Assembly (NCBI GenBank): GCA_951406725.2
Contig: OX597826.1
Coordinates: 21,080,001-21,144,000 of the forward strand
DNA length: 64,000 nucleotides
Direction: 5' to 3'
Source: Octopus vulgaris
Taxonomy: Eukaryota
Part shown: positions 40,665 to 56,173 of the stretch, one piece after another
How the letters are laid out: every line of letters starts with the position of its first letter
Numbering within the stretch: position 1 is the first letter of the stretch
Made by a program: the position numbers and the translations under genes
The notes under the pieces: generated by a model
The model's input: only the letters and a program-made list of their open reading frames with translations
What the model was told of the DNA's origin: nothing
The model's database searches: none

Positions 40665-41329
40665 CACCGTCATCAGTTTTTTAATTAATTTACTTTATTC
40701 CAAACTATATTCCATATTCAATAAACAAATTAGAATTTTAAAAATTCTTCAACGAGTTTGCTAAAAATGGAATAAATATAACCAAAGAGTTGAGTGGTGA
40801 AAATCATTTATAAATTCCACTTTACCATTGTCTCACGAGATACATTAGAGTGGATGACAATTCTAGGCTGTAAAATCTGAAATATCTCTTCTTCGGCACC
40901 GCAGCAGCAACAACAACAACATCAACAACCACAGCAGCAGCAGGGTAGCAGTAACCATTTATTCTAAGTTCAAACAGAGATATTGTTTTATCATAAAGTT
41001 TCCATAATTTTATGTTGTTAGAGCTGCTGGGTATAATTAGTTGAGGGCAAAATTAACCTTCCCAACATGCACCGTCTTTTATCTCTTTCAAGTAGATTTA
41101 TTCGGAAGAGATAATGATTGGTGCCAAACTATGATGCAACCAATCAATAATATAATAATAAATAATAAAAAGAAACTTATATTGTCCTCAGTTGAAATAA
41201 AACATTTAACTATAAAAGAGGAATTTTCGTTTTAACTTACGGTCGTCCATCAACGATTAAAATGGTTTCTATTTCACGAATGTTTTCTTTTCATTTAATA
41301 CTTGTCTATTTTATATAAACATTTCTTTT

Positions 41330-41330
41330 A

Positions 41331-41425
<95 letters not shown>

Positions 41426-41570
41426 TTAGTAGTAGTATCATCAGTATTATTATGATTATTATGATTATTATTCTTGTTATCATCATCATCATCGTTGTTA
41501 TTGCTTATATTGTTACTGCTATTATTATTATTGTTGTTGTTATTGTTATTATTATTATTATTATCATTAA
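41330..41570. repeat. Compound (ATT)/(ACT)/(ATC)/(GTT) microsatellite
   Basis: Direct inspection. Confidence 0.95.
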
Positions 41571-43738
41571 TCTCAGTAAACAATGGACAGTTGAAATCCA
41601 TTATTTGCTTTTATTACTTTCGCATCAAATAAAACAATAATCCGGGATAGACAAGAGAGGTTGTGACAAACTTAAACAGTCTTTCTATAAAAGTTTAATG
41701 TTATTTTTAACCTTTTTCTTCTGATTTTCGAAAATTTCTAAATCCAATAAAAAGAAAGAAATATTAGAATTTATAGATATAAACACTGGGAAAATAAATA
41801 AAAATAAATTAAAGAATGAGAGCAGCATTTGTCGACGCTGCCGACATAGCCATTAGCATGGATAGCTTCAAAGATTTTTCGGAACAATTCCTTAAAAAAC
41901 GATAAAACAACAGCCAGGTTGGGTTTTGTAATCAACGGTATTATAATGTGTCAGATCGATAGAAAAGCTATAAGATTATAGCAAATATATAATACATAAT
42001 CGATAATGGTTAATAGATTTCAATTAGCTTTGATAGTTTAGATATAAAAACATGTTTATGTTGAAATATTAAATATATCTAAAGCTTTCGTTTTATACGT
42101 AGATATGAAGAAAGAATGAATCTTTCAAACGTTTGTGAACAACCGACATATTGCAACAAGAGTGTGTCACCTTTCAAAATATGGAGTCGTCCACATTTTG
42201 AAGCATGTTGACGTTTGCATATCATTTCTGTTGAAATAACTGACTGACTGTCTTATTTCTTCATTCTTAGCAGATAAAATATATATGAAGCGGATATTAT
42301 AACGGCGAAGTGGAGGAGAAGAGGTTAGATTTCAGCCATGCTACGTTGAACATATTTCTTTAAATATGTCGTTCTCTATACATTATTATCTTGTATATTT
42401 ATATTCCATCTAATCTCTGTTTTTATGACAACATTGCTCTCTCTCTCTCCCTCTCTTACCGTCCCCCTCTTTCTTACGCACATACACATGTCCCACATGC
42501 TTCCCGTTTCTATATTTTATTATACATTCCTCACCCCCAGTACTATGTACTTTCTCTTACTCTCAATTTAATCTTCTTCTTTTTTTATGCCTCGTCTTCA
42601 TTCAAGTCGGGAAATTATGGCACTCAAGCGCATTTATGACTCGTGTAAATTAATATAAGTGGTTGATATAATTTATGGTAGGCAGATAGCATAAAGTCGT
42701 AAAAGATTCAGCCATTGTCCATGGCTCCACTGCAAAACTAGAAATCTTATTTAGAGAGCTGTTGACAGTCAATTGTGGTTGTAGTTCTATTTCACGCTGG
42801 TCACCTTATCGTCTGCTTACATATTACATATATCTGTTGTCAGATACAGTTTTATTACATTCAATCTCAAGTCTGGCAGACGACACTACACTAAGAGGCT
42901 GCTGGAAGTATTTCTGTCCACTTGATGCTTGGAATTACTAAACTTCTCAAAAGAATTTTTATTAATATTGACAAAGGAAATGGTCGTCTGCTTGCTGATT
43001 TGTTTGTTTCGTTGTTTTATTTTAGATCATTTTTTATTTCAGTTTATTTATGCTTTTACTTTTGTCTGGTTTTGAGTCCGAACTTAACTATATTGATTTA
43101 AACTATAATCCGCCCCCATCCCTCACCTTAATATAAATTTATTAAAGACTGTACTGTCGTCTTGGAAACATTCTGAGACATATTATGCGATATCAGTTCA
43201 TAATGAATCACGTTCCTCAATATCCAGCATCCAGCTATCAATCTCTAATACTTCTCCGATCACTTTTTACCTCCAGGCTGATCGCAACCATTCTTGTCAT
43301 ATTTAATAAAAAGATTTCTTTTCCTAATCCATCCCGTCCATGAAAAACTCTAAAATAATCTTAATTCTACAGAAAAACAAAAATTACCTGCTGCTACTTC
43401 TCTGGCCATTTATATTCACACCTCTCGATAGGTGAGAATTTTATTACATATGTGTGTATGTTTGGATTGGAATTCATACACCCATACGTATGAAGTGTGT
43501 GTGTGTGTGCTTGTACGTGTGTGTGTGTGTGTGTGTGTACGTGTGTGTGTCTGCGTGTGTGTGTGTGTGTGTGTGTCTGTGTGTGTGTGTGCGTCCGCGC
43601 TCGCGTGTACGTGCGTGTGCGCCGTCGTGTGTGAGGACAAGTATGTTTCTATATCTAAATACATGTGCATGCATGTGTGTGCAATATACATGTGTGAGTA
43701 TAGACGCGCGCGCACATACACACATACATTTACATATA

Positions 43739-43823
<85 letters not shown>

Positions 43824-43855
43824 ATATATACGTATACCTATATATATATAAATAG

Positions 43856-43905
<50 letters not shown>

Positions 43906-44204
43906 TAGTATAGTATAGTAAAGTCCGTGTATGCATTTAGTAGATCGATACTCATAATTTGAACATAGTGAAATAATCCAATCAATCATGAAGCAATTTA
44001 AAAGCAGAATCTCTTACGATTCCTCTCTAACTTTTATTAATTTACAGGAAACATGAATGGTTTCCAACGAAGCATCATAACGCTGAGGGGTTAATCACCT
44101 GCGCAGTCCCATTATACTCCCTTCACTGATATTGGGATTTTCCTTGTACTTCATAAATTGAAACAGAAAAGAGATTCAGTAAAAAGAAGAGGTTTTGAGA
44201 TTAT

Positions 44205-44264
<60 letters not shown>

Positions 44265-44445
44265 TTTATTTATCACGTCCTCGATTTCAGACAGTTCCTG
44301 TTGAAACATTTACTTAGGTAGAATTGGTTAACAGAGAAATTATTATTTGTTTATTAATGTTCTACATATAAAACCAAGATATGTTAAACATAACGTAAAA
44401 CATTATCTTTTCTTCTTCTTCTTCTTCTTTTTCTTATTCTTCTTC

Positions 44446-44527
<82 letters not shown>

Positions 44528-44784
44528 CCTTTTTCTTCTTCCCTACAAAGAATTTACAACGACCTCGAACCCACAAGAGTAAACAAGAGAGACAGAGACA
44601 GATGGAAACAAGGAAAATGTCCCTTGTATTTGAATACTACGCAAATATTCTTTTAAAAAACCTTTTTAATTTTTCCAAACTTTAATTGTTTTCCATACTT
44701 ACAGTTGAAAAAGTCTCAATGATTGAAATCGGTAATGAAATGTTTTTTAAAAAATTATTTTAGTATTTTCTACATATATGTATG

Positions 44785-44859
<75 letters not shown>

Positions 44860-45759
44860 CACATGCATAAATACATATAAATATATATACATACATACAC
44901 ATACAAACATACATACATACATACGTACACATGTACATATACATACATACACATACATACACATGCATATTTACATACATGTACATATATATGATATATA
45001 TACATGTGTTATATAGATAAATATTAGATCCAAGGATGTAGGAAGAAAGTTAGCTTCAACCCATCCATAGTAAATATAAAAATCAAATTTCATGGATAGT
45101 GGTTTATTGAGACGAACGTTGTGGAGTTTTTTCTTATCGAAGCACGATAAATTGAAAAAAAGGCCTTTCTATTTCACGGTAGGCAACCAGGGTGGCCGGG
45201 TGTGCGAATAAGAATTCTGATTGGATCTTCCATGCGTTAACATGTGCCTCCTTGCGACAATATAAACTTTCGTGTAATCAAGATGTTCTTTGCCCGAAGA
45301 GTAGCCTGCGCTTGGATATTTACCACTTTCGAGGTTCCGGTTGCTATGAAACATTGTAGCCCGGATCTTATCAGCTCCATTCCTTAACTCTTGTAGATAT
45401 ATATATCATATGTGTGTGTGTGTGTGTGTATAAATATATATATATATATGCTGTTTGTAGCGCGATAAGTATATCGAACTCTCATTGGATAGAGTACTCT
45501 TTTTATTGACTTTTGCGCAGTTAATTTCCTCTCTCTCCCTCTCTCTCTCTCACTCACTCTCTCTCCCTCTCTCTCTCTCTCCATATATATATATATATAT
45601 ATGCGCGCGCATATACATCTCTATATCTGTTGGCTTTGCGAGCAGTAAGCGTCTGCTTCCGATAAAATAGCAGCTGTAGATCTGGTGTTACAGCAGAGGA
45701 TTTCTGGCTCGGTGATAATTCAAGAATTGTTTCAAGAGTCTTAATTAACACCAGTACTT

Positions 45760-45850
<91 letters not shown>

Positions 45851-45930
45851 TGGTAGTAGTAGTAGTAGTATGTTTGAGAATTGTTATGAGGGAAGTCTAT
45901 GTATGTAACTGAAGCGGTATCTCACTGAGG

Positions 45931-46166
45931 AAGGCGGCGAGCTGGCAGAAACGTTAGCACGCCGGGCGAAATGCGTAGCCGTATTTCGTCTGCCGTTACG
46001 TTCTGAGTTCAAATCCTGCCGAGGTCGACTTTACCTTTCATATTTTCGTGGTCGATAAATTAAGTACCAGTTACGCAATGGGGTCGATGTAATCGACTTA
46101 ATCCGATTGTCTGTCCTTGTTTGTCCTCTCAGTGTTTAGCCCCTTGTGGGTAGTAAAGAAATAGGC
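45931..46166 (+). mobile_element. Full-length SINE (family C, tail type 1) with target-site duplication
   Basis: aaggcggcgagctggcagaaacgttag...gagttcaaatcc...ccccttgtgggtagtaaagaaatagg; atctcactgagg at 45919-45930 and 46167-46178. Confidence 0.93.
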
Positions 46167-46600
46167 ATCTCACTGAGGTTGTTCAGGATACAGGACAATG
46201 ATGGATAAAGAGTTGCCAATGTGTGTGTGTATGTGTACAGATATGTGTGTATGTTTGTGTATCTACACATATATATAATGTACATATACCTATATATGTA
46301 TATGCAAAGCTATATGCTCATAAAACATATATGTACATAAATAATTTTATAATTATATATAAATTTACTGTTAACAAAAGTTGGAATACGTGGCGCTCAG
46401 TCAAAAAATGAAAAATGCATTAAATAAACATCGACAGCTGAAAAACATACACGTAGGACAGACACAGAAGGGCCCTGGTTCTCCATCAGTTATCAACTGA
46501 ATGTTAATACTGTTTCATGCCTTTAATGATAATACTGAGGACTTCGCATGTCGGCGACACCCGCAAAATTTGCAGAGAATTAGGGCTCTCGAGCGAAATA

Positions 46601-47417
46601 CGAGGCGCGTTCAAAAAGTATCCGTTATTTTTCCGCCAAAAGTAATGTGGTGAAAGTTCTTTTGGGTAAGAGGTCACCTCATCCTTCTTGCACACGCGTG
46701 AATGTTTTCGCGCCGTTAGGCCGCGTTCGTTTCCAGATGTTACGCCTAGAGCACAGACGTGTACTGCGCGCTCGTCGGATTTTCATGTTCATGCGAGATG
46801 ACCGACCGCATCGAGCAGAGATATTGCATTAAGTCTTGCCATGCATTCTGGGTTGTAGTTTGCACTATCCGGGATGTCCGGAGCAATTTCCATGCCGAAT
46901 TGCTTCTGCTGCTTTGACAGCACCCTGGGGACGAATTTCGACGGCACTCACCGCTCGCACAAATCCTCCGTTAAAATGGAATGCACTTATCCTGTGCTTA
47001 TTCACATTCGTGATCAATTTCCACGACGGTGTTCCATGACGATTCGCCGAACCTCCTTGATCCTTTGGGCTTGTTGACGGTCTGTCGTTGCTCCCCACTG
47101 ACGTGCGGCCATGTTTGGAACGGTTGTACAACTACTTGATCTGAGTTTTGTACATGGTATCATTGCCAAAGGCCTGTTGAATCTTCTGGATGGTTTGAGC
47201 TTGAGTACCACCAAGCTTTTGGAAAAAATTATCTCTGCTCCATGCGTTCGGTCATCTTGCAGGAAAACGAAAATGCGACGAGCGTGTACTGTATGTCGCG
47301 GGAACTGAGGCATGCGCAGGAAGGGTGACGCCACCTCTCAACCCAAAAGATTTTGCCCACGCGGTATTAGTTTTGGTGGGAAAAAATAAACTCGGATACT
47401 TTTTGAACGCACCGTCC
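46601..47417 (-). mobile_element. Non-autonomous mariner derivative with two 5' ends in inverted orientation
   Basis: Termini gcgttcaaaaagtatccg / cggatactttttgaacgc; both ends read inward into MT(D/E)R(I/M)EQR; N-terminal remnants YNRSKHGRTSV and RPSTS. Confidence 0.85.
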
Positions 47418-47635
47418 TCTGTATGTGTGTGCGTGTGTGTGTGTGTGTGCTTGTGTGTGTGTGTGTATACATAAGCATTTGGACCCAAAAATATAATCGT
47501 TGACAATGTTATCAAAGGGTTATTCTTTTTAAAATGAATGGAACCAATTACTTTATGTTGAGTTAGAAAGTATTCACTTTCTAGAATCAATATTCCGGAT
47601 TTTGTTACATTCTCTGCTTAATATTATCAGAAGGT

Positions 47636-47752
47636 AAGGCGTCGAGCTGGCAGACTCGTTAGCACGCCAGCCGAAATGTTTAGCGGCATTTCGTCCGTCT
47701 TTACGTTCTGAGTTCAAATTCCACCGAGGTTGGCTTTGCTCTTGTCCTTTTG
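47636..47752 (+). mobile_element. 3'-truncated SINE (family C)
   Basis: aaggcgtcgagctggcagactcgttagcacgcc...gagttcaaattcc. Confidence 0.85.
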
Positions 47753-50196
47753 GTGGTGGTGGTGGTGGTGACTGATATTTCCAGCCAAAGTTATGTAGAC
47801 CAATGACATCACATCCAAATTTATGAAATATTTCATTTTTATTGCAACGTTTATATATTGTGCGTGGGATTGTGTGTGTGTGTGTGTGTATGTGTGTGTG
47901 TGCGCGTTATTGTCTGTGTATTTTGTACGCTTTAATGATATTGTTTATTATTACATGATATTTTGTGTATGTTTATGTACGTGATGCTAATGTACGCATG
48001 TTTGTATTATAATACGTGTATATGCTTCATGATATTGTATGTGTTCATGTGATATCGTGTTCATAAATTATGTATATGTATGTGTGTGTGTATGCCGTAA
48101 TGAGTATTTATATGTTATTTGATTGTGTGTATATGCTATCAAGAGTGTGTATACTATTATCTCCTTATATGGTACTAATGTTTGGATTTTAATGAAATTA
48201 AGTGTGTATGTTATTGTATCCTATTGTGTGTGAGCTAGTGTGTGTGTGTGTTTGCAGTTTATATGATTTTGGTGTGTATATGTGTATGTGTGTATGCCAT
48301 TCTAAGTATATGCTGGTGTCTGTTTATATGATATTGGTGTGTGAGTTTATGTTATAATATGCGTGTGTGTATGTGTGAGTGTATTATGTGTGTGTGTGCG
48401 TGTTTGTTCCATATATGAGTGCATATGTCATCAGGCATGTATGAATTTCACAAACACTTTATTTGGCTGCCTCTGGGAACAAATTGAAAAAGGTTATCAA
48501 ATCTTGCTCACAGCTAAATAGTCCAGAATCGTCGAAGAAATAAACACAGTTTTAAAACAAACAGAAAAGAAAAGAAATGTGTTCGATGAAAGTGTTATCG
48601 CTTTTTTCTTTATATTTTTGTCTTCCTTTTTGTTTATTTATTTCCTTTTCGTGTTTTTTTTTTATTTTCTATTTCCTCGGATAAATTGTATGCAGCGTAG
48701 TTAAAACCGTGTTGAGAAATTGAGACTCGAAGAGACAAATTAAAAGCGCTGTCCCCACTGCAACACCAGCCCCACCCCCCGCATCACCATCTGCTAATGA
48801 GTTGCAGCTACTGTAAAGAAATTTTAATGAAACAGTCAATGTTCAGTTGAAATAACAAATTAAAACAAAAACGCCTTGAATATGGTGGTGGGAGAAGATG
48901 TATTCGGCGATTGAATTAGCAAGATAAGTTCAGTTTGGAACAAGTAAAAACGACATCAAACTGGCAGTAAACAAAGCGACAGAGAATTAATATAATCCTG
49001 TAATGGAAACGAAGAAAAGTTGTTGATTAAGGAATGAAAAATAAACCGAAAATCGAACTATTAAATTGAAAAATAATATCGAGGAATGGAAACTTGCAAC
49101 GTAACAATAGACTTTAATTAGAAAGAACGATAAAGGTCTTTTTGGAGAAATTCCGGGAAGAATAAAGAAATGGATAAGACAACAATAGGAATAGCAAAGA
49201 AAATTGGAAAGAATAACAAAATTATTTCACTAATTATGAAAGGAAAACGAATAAAGAAGAGTTAATGATAACAAAGATAATAATAATAAAAAAAAACAAA
49301 ATGTCGGTTTAAATGATTGAGAAGACGATGCAAGGAGTTGAGTATTTTTAAAAATATAGATTAAAATAAAAGCTGATGAAAGGAAGCAAGCGCTGGACAT
49401 GTTTTGGTCGGCGAACGGTGGTGGGGGTGGATGTCGGCCCATTCTCTGTTGAATATTCTTTCAAATAATAAAACTAGCCTAAGTTAATCGATAGTATTCA
49501 ATATGAAGAGAACATTTCTGCTGTTTTCTATGGAAATGTTCTTCTCTTCATGTTTGATCTAAGCAACGAAATGAGATGAAATGAATATTCTTAGATATGA
49601 TGAAATAACGCAAATATTACGTTTAAAAAATGTTACCAATACAAAAAAAATGCTATTAATAATACTAATTTTGGAAATATTCTATAGACTTCCGATGCCT
49701 TGATTCCAGAACTCTCAAGAGAGAATATTTGACTGAAAATTCTTCATATAGTTATTATGAAAATATGACGTCATTTGCTTAGTAAGAATAACGTAAGAAA
49801 CATGTTTAATTATTCGAAATTAGTTACGACTAAAGCAGGAAGAAGACTCGTTATACTCCATACAATTAAACCCCACCACTACACACACACATACGTATTA
49901 ACATACGCGTACAAACGTATATATATACACACACAATATATACTGGCCGTTGACAATTCTGATGGTAAAGTATCCTGATTCGAACTGTTAGAAATGGCAG
50001 TAAATTCCCCTCAAATTATATTCTATCATGTTTTAAAAAGTAAGGACATAGATAATGTAGTCCAAGATACACTGAGTCAGAATGAAAAACAGGATTGTCA
50101 TAGCTGAAACATCTTCGCTACTGGATCAAAACCGAGATAGGACTTCCCAATAATTACAACAACAACTACAACTAGATTCAGTTTATAAACTAAATT

Positions 50197-51790
50197 CTGT
50201 ATTTTTCGGGGATAAGACGCGATTATTTATCAAGACTAAAATTTATGAGCAACTGCCTCTATTGTCACCGTATAGTTGATGGTAGACCGAACACGGCGGC
50301 TTCAAAGTGCCTCGTGGCAATAGTAGACCACTAAACGCTAGAATTTTGTAATGAAAAATATTACAAAAATGAATTACTTAAAATCAAGAATTACTTTTCA
50401 TGTTCGTTGAGTTTAGCATATCATTTTTAATTAGTCATTAATAAAATATCGATTCCTATGACAAACAAGATGACTGCAGCACAGTATCAAAAACGACATT
50501 CTTTTGTGGGCATCAAATAAACTAATAGCAGATATGGAAGTGGCATGTTATACTCAAAGATCGCCTTAATATGTCTACTAGAACAAAATTTCGGCAAAAA
50601 TGTCGAAAACCAGAATAATGATTTATAACACTTTGTTAACCACGGTGCTCACATCATTTCATTGTAGCGTCTTCTCCATTACTTATAACCCACATCAGAC
50701 ACATGTCTTCTTATTTAACGATGATGTTAGATTTTAAAAACATTTGTTTATTATTTACTAGCAAATGTAAAAATATTCCAAGAAAGATTGAAGGAATGTT
50801 TGACAACTTTAGTCTTCAGATGGTTGACAACAAAAACAACATTGATGGTACTACACTCTGGTGATAAAATTTTACTGTTAACAATACGAGTTTCACATTT
50901 AAAAATAATTCTGTTGACTAAATTATTAAGAAGCCATACTCACAGCTGCTCTAGAACTCGCGTATGGTATTTCTTTATCATTCATTTTTCATTTACGGTA
51001 ACTTTCAGACAACGTTCAACCATGGGACTCAAAAATAATAACGATATTTTTACATTAGCCTACACAAAACAACAGTTAGAGGGTAGCTACCAGGCACGTA
51101 CGCCCACAGCTAGCCAGTGACAAAAATTCTTAGAACTGAAGGGCTACGATAATATTAACGCCCATACCTTAACGAACGAGAGAAAATTTTGTTCCCCTTC
51201 ACGGGCGGTTGCTTTCTTACATCCCTTTTTCATGTCACAATTACCAACGAGTAAAATCGTAAGAATTTTGAGGAAAGACGATCGGGTGAACATTGCTAAA
51301 CTAAATAAACACTGTTTCTTTCGTAGAGGGACTGTCAAATAGTTAGAAGCAGAAAAATTAAATTCATGAAAACGAAGGACATTTTAACCTCCTAAAAAAT
51401 TGGTTCTTCATTATTCAAGACTAATAACAACGGACAAAAATATCGATAACAGCAGGTTGCTCTGGCTTTATGAACAAAAACGGCTTGTATATGAGAGCCA
51501 ATTCAAGAATAGCACCAAAAATGACCAGCAAAGACCAAAGTAAAATCGTTGAGTTTCACGGATGATTAATGACAGAAGAAAAAATAATTTCCAGCTTCTA
51601 GAAAAACTAAATATGAATGAAGACCGTCCGATGTTTGAAGAATCCTCGAACAAGACGGTAGAATCGGAAAATGGTAAATATATCACTGTAAAATCATGTG
51701 GTCATGGAAGGCAATTTTCCTATTTTTTAAAAGAAAGATATTAACCAAATAAATAATTTCCTACGTTGATATCCATCACAAACGTTGGAT
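50197..51790 (+). mobile_element. Degraded pogo-family DNA transposon
   Basis: GFMNKNGLYMRANSRIAPK and NMNEDRPMFE..NKTVE..GKYITVKSCGH resemble pogo CENP-B/DDE segments; ctgtatttttcggggataagacgc at 50197 resembles pogo-type termini. Boundaries approximate. Confidence 0.65.
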
Positions 51791-51895
51791 AAAGAGCAAA
51801 GGAAATTGTGGCTAGATAACTCTTAAGGACTCCTAGATAACTCTTAAGGAAACCTGCCTGATTACAGTTGCATAATGAAGATATATATTGAGCAC

Positions 51896-52110
51896 TTAAG
51901 GCGGCGAGCTGGCAGAATCGTTAGCACGCCGGGCGAAACGCTTAGCGGTATTTCGTCTGCCGCTACGTTCTTAGTTCAAATTCCGCCGAGGTCGACTTTG
52001 TCTTTCATCCTTTCGGGGTCGATAAATTAAGTACCAGTTGCGGACTAGGTTCGATCTAATCGACCGGCCCTTCCCCAAAACTTTTGGGCCTTGTGCCTAG
52101 AGTAGAAAAG
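51896..52110 (+). mobile_element. Full-length SINE (family C, tail type 2) with 16-bp target-site duplication
   Basis: gatatatattgagcac at 51880-51895 and 52111-52126; ends gggccttgtgcctagagtagaaaag. Confidence 0.95.
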
Positions 52111-52262
52111 GATATATATTGAGCACGTTACACCATTTTTTAATTTTTGCTAAACTCTGAAGAGATATATTCTTAAAAAGAGTGTATACTGTTTCAACAA
52201 GCAATCATGTAATTAATTTGCGAATACATATATACATTCACATATATCTACACACGTACATA

Positions 52263-52321
<59 letters not shown>

Positions 52322-52502
52322 CCATACACACACGCATGTAGGTTCAAGATTCAATGAAAGTTCCAGGTATGGCATTTGCATAAAATAAGACACAAATGGG
52401 TTAAAGGCTCACTACAGCTGTTTCAAACGCATTTTCATTGAAAAATCGTTCGATTAACTCACAAAAAACCCGTTTTCCTCGTTCGCAGAAAAAATACAAG
52501 AT

Positions 52503-52757
52503 ATGGTGGTTGGGGACAAACGTATACACACGCACGCGCCCACAGACACACACAAAAACACACACATACACACAAAAACACACACATATATATGAGACTT
52601 CTTACAGTTTCCGTTTACCATATCCACTGACAAGGGTTTGGTTGGTCCGAAGCTATACCAGAAGACACTTGCACCTTAGATGCCACGCAATGGGACTGAA
52701 CCCGGAACCATGTAGTTGGGAAACAGTGAAAATAAATCCACCGATGCTGCCTGCCAT
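52503..52757 (-). mobile_element. Partial SINE (family A)
   Basis: cttacagtttccgt...gaagacactt...gaacccggaaccatgt matches 433-877. Confidence 0.8.
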
Positions 52758-53011
52758 GATTAGTCTTTAGCACCAGTTTATTTTATTTACTCTATTTTTG
52801 TTTTTAATTTCATGTTTGTGTTTACTTTTGTTTTTTGTTTTGGTTTTGTTTTCTGTTTGTTTGTTTGGGGGGGGGGGCGTGTTTCTTTTTTTTGCTTTGA
52901 TTTTTATGTATAATTGTGTATATCTTATATTTATATACATTTATGAATAGTGAATGTTTTTTATATATTTCCATATCATTATCAATATTATGACGACTGT
53001 TGTTGTTGTTG

Positions 53012-53087
<76 letters not shown>

Positions 53088-53262
53088 TATTATTATCATC
53101 ATCATCATCATCATTATCATTATCATTCATTTTTAATGTAATTTATAGATGTCGCTGTGAAATATTCCCATCAACAACACAACTAAATTCAATTTCAGAC
53201 AAAATCCCAATATTTTCCGATTTTATGTCTCTCTCTTTCTCTTTCTTTCCTTCTCCCTCCCC

Positions 53263-53295
<33 letters not shown>

Positions 53296-53346
53296 ACTCT
53301 TTCTCTCCTTGACGGTCTGCCCTTCCCGCTCCCTCTATATCTGTTT

Positions 53347-53424
<78 letters not shown>

Positions 53425-53629
53425 TCCTTTTGACTCTCTATCTTCTCCTTTCTCCTGTAAATCGTTTTTTTCTTGCAAGCTCTCTCATTTTTCTTCCTCT
53501 CTTCTTTGTTTCTTTTATTTTTCTTTCCCTCTCTCCCTCTCTCTCTTTCTCTCTCTCCATCTCTCTCTCTCCCTCTCTCTCCCTCTCTCTCTCCCTCTCT
53601 CTCTCCCTCTCTCTCTCTCTCCCTCTCTC

Positions 53630-53714
<85 letters not shown>

Positions 53715-53846
53715 ATCTATCTAACTATTTATCCATCTCTCTATATCGGCGAAACTCTTCATTCTACTGTAACTAAATTATTTATAAATTAGAGACTGAA
53801 GAAAGATACAGCAAGAGGAAGGTGGAAAGAAAGAAAGAAAGAAATA

Positions 53847-53886
<40 letters not shown>

Positions 53887-54646
53887 ACAGTAACAAAAGC
53901 CGAAACAGAAGGAAAAGAATTGGAATTTCTGCGTTACAATTAATATGGAAATATATTTACAAACGAGAAGTATTGAATTAACAACAGCAACAACAACATT
54001 TTCAGATATTTATCATTGTTGAATTGTTTTTCGAAAATGAGAGAAAAAAAGAAAGCAAAAAGATAATTCTGAAGCAAAACAGATTGATATCAGATCAGTT
54101 GAGTAAAATAATTGTTGTGACAGAAAACAACGTTGCTTGGAACTAACTTATTGCCGTAGGATTGCTTGATAAATTTGAAAAACATATAAAAAAGCACACG
54201 AGAGGCGGGAGCAGGCCCTCCATCTATACACAGCGCCACCACCACGCTGACCACTGACTAAACTGTGATTAATTCAATTGGTTGCCTATTGCTAATTGTA
54301 GTCTAGTGGCGACATCTAGCCGACGGAGTCGACACAATTTGGTGTCAGACCAAAAACGGGATGTTTGGTGCAATGGAAGAAAAAAAATGTAAAATTTTTA
54401 AACTGTAAATATTTGCAGAAACAACAACAGCAACAAACAGCTTTGTGTTTGTTATTTTTATTTTTGACAATTTATGCATTTGTTTGTTATTTATTTATTT
54501 ATAATTCTAAAGACAAGTTGGCATCTGGAAGGTATCACCTTCTCGTTGATAATCTTTTCTCTGATAACAACCACCATAAAAGCCAGTTTATAAATGAGCC
54601 AAGCATTTAGTGTGCAAAATAAATTAAAATAAAATAAAGCTTTGAC

Positions 54647-54714
<68 letters not shown>

Positions 54715-54904
54715 TGCTTTAAATTTAGGCGCAAAACCAGCATTTCTCTAGGAGAGAGGAGGGATAATCGATTATATGGATACCAGTACGTTACTGGTAC
54801 TTTACTTTATTGACCCAGGAGGAATGAAAGGCAGAGTTAACCCCGACGGAACGCCGCTAAGCATTTTGTCCAAGATGCTAAAGGTTCTGGCCAGCTAGTC
54901 GCCT
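54715..54904 (-). mobile_element. Degenerate SINE (family C)
   Basis: tggtacttta...ttgaccc...atgaaaggc...gccagctagtcgcct. Confidence 0.7.
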
Positions 54905-54927
54905 CTGAAACAAAAATAAAGCAATTA

Positions 54928-54965
54928 AAGAAGAAGAAGAAGAAGAAGAAGAAGAAGAAGAAGAA

Positions 54966-55016
<51 letters not shown>

Positions 55017-55065
55017 GGTGGTGGTGGTGGTGGTGGTGGTGGTGGTGGTGATGAAGAACAACACC

Positions 55066-55108
<43 letters not shown>

Positions 55109-55160
55109 GTGGTGGTGGTGGTGGTGGTGGTGGTGGTGGTGGTGGTGGTGGTGGTGGTGG
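54928..55160. repeat. Compound trinucleotide array (AAG)(ATG)(GTG)(AAT)(GGT)
   Basis: Direct inspection. Confidence 0.97.
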
Positions 55161-55447
55161 CATCGATAATAATTATAATGATTCCAATCTATCGATTTAT
55201 CTATATTAGCCTAAGTGTCGTCTGTCTGGGCGAGTTTCAATGTTAAAATCGGCCGCCAGTTTAAGCATGATGAATGTTTAGCAGGATTTCTATTCCATGG
55301 AACCAGAAAAGGACTGAAGAACATGATAAATGGTGATGTGGAATTGAACATTTGAAATAAATTGAAGAATTTGCCAGAAATGGAAAAAAAAAACTTCATT
55401 TGACGTAAGGACTTTAACATTTGTAAACATATTTAGTATGTGCGCGC

Positions 55448-55488
<41 letters not shown>

Positions 55489-55829
55489 TACATACATACA
55501 TACATACATACATACATACATACATACATACATACATACATAGATGTGTGTGTGGAGGTGGGCAGGGGTGTACCGTCACAGGTATTCAAATACATATCTA
55601 CAGCTATACATGCATAGATACAATAGAATTGCATTAATACAATAGCTTGCAGAGGATACCAAGACCTCCACTAATGAAATAAACCAATGCAAATTGCATG
55701 AACCCCTGTCCATAAGTATAGTGGCAAAACTTCGGAGTCTGTCATTAAATATATATATATATGAATTATGTATATACATATGTATATATAATCATATGAC
55801 CGAGTAATTGCATGTGTACGTATACATAT

Positions 55830-56058
<229 letters not shown>

Positions 56059-56123
56059 TAATTTACTCTGCTATGTATTGAGTAACTTATTTACTGTGGT
56101 TAACCCCGACTCAACCCGGGACC

Positions 56124-56170
<47 letters not shown>

Positions 56171-56173
<3 letters not shown>

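Noticed and set aside
47860-48425. G/T-skewed 560-bp stretch
   Set aside because: Consistent with decayed TG/TA microsatellite; no higher-order period seen.
54295-54330. CTCF-like motif ggcgacatctagccg
   Set aside because: Single partial match, insufficient alone.
55645-55745. ctaatga...caaaacttcggagtc as a decayed hammerhead
   Set aside because: Both core segments mutated and no stems.
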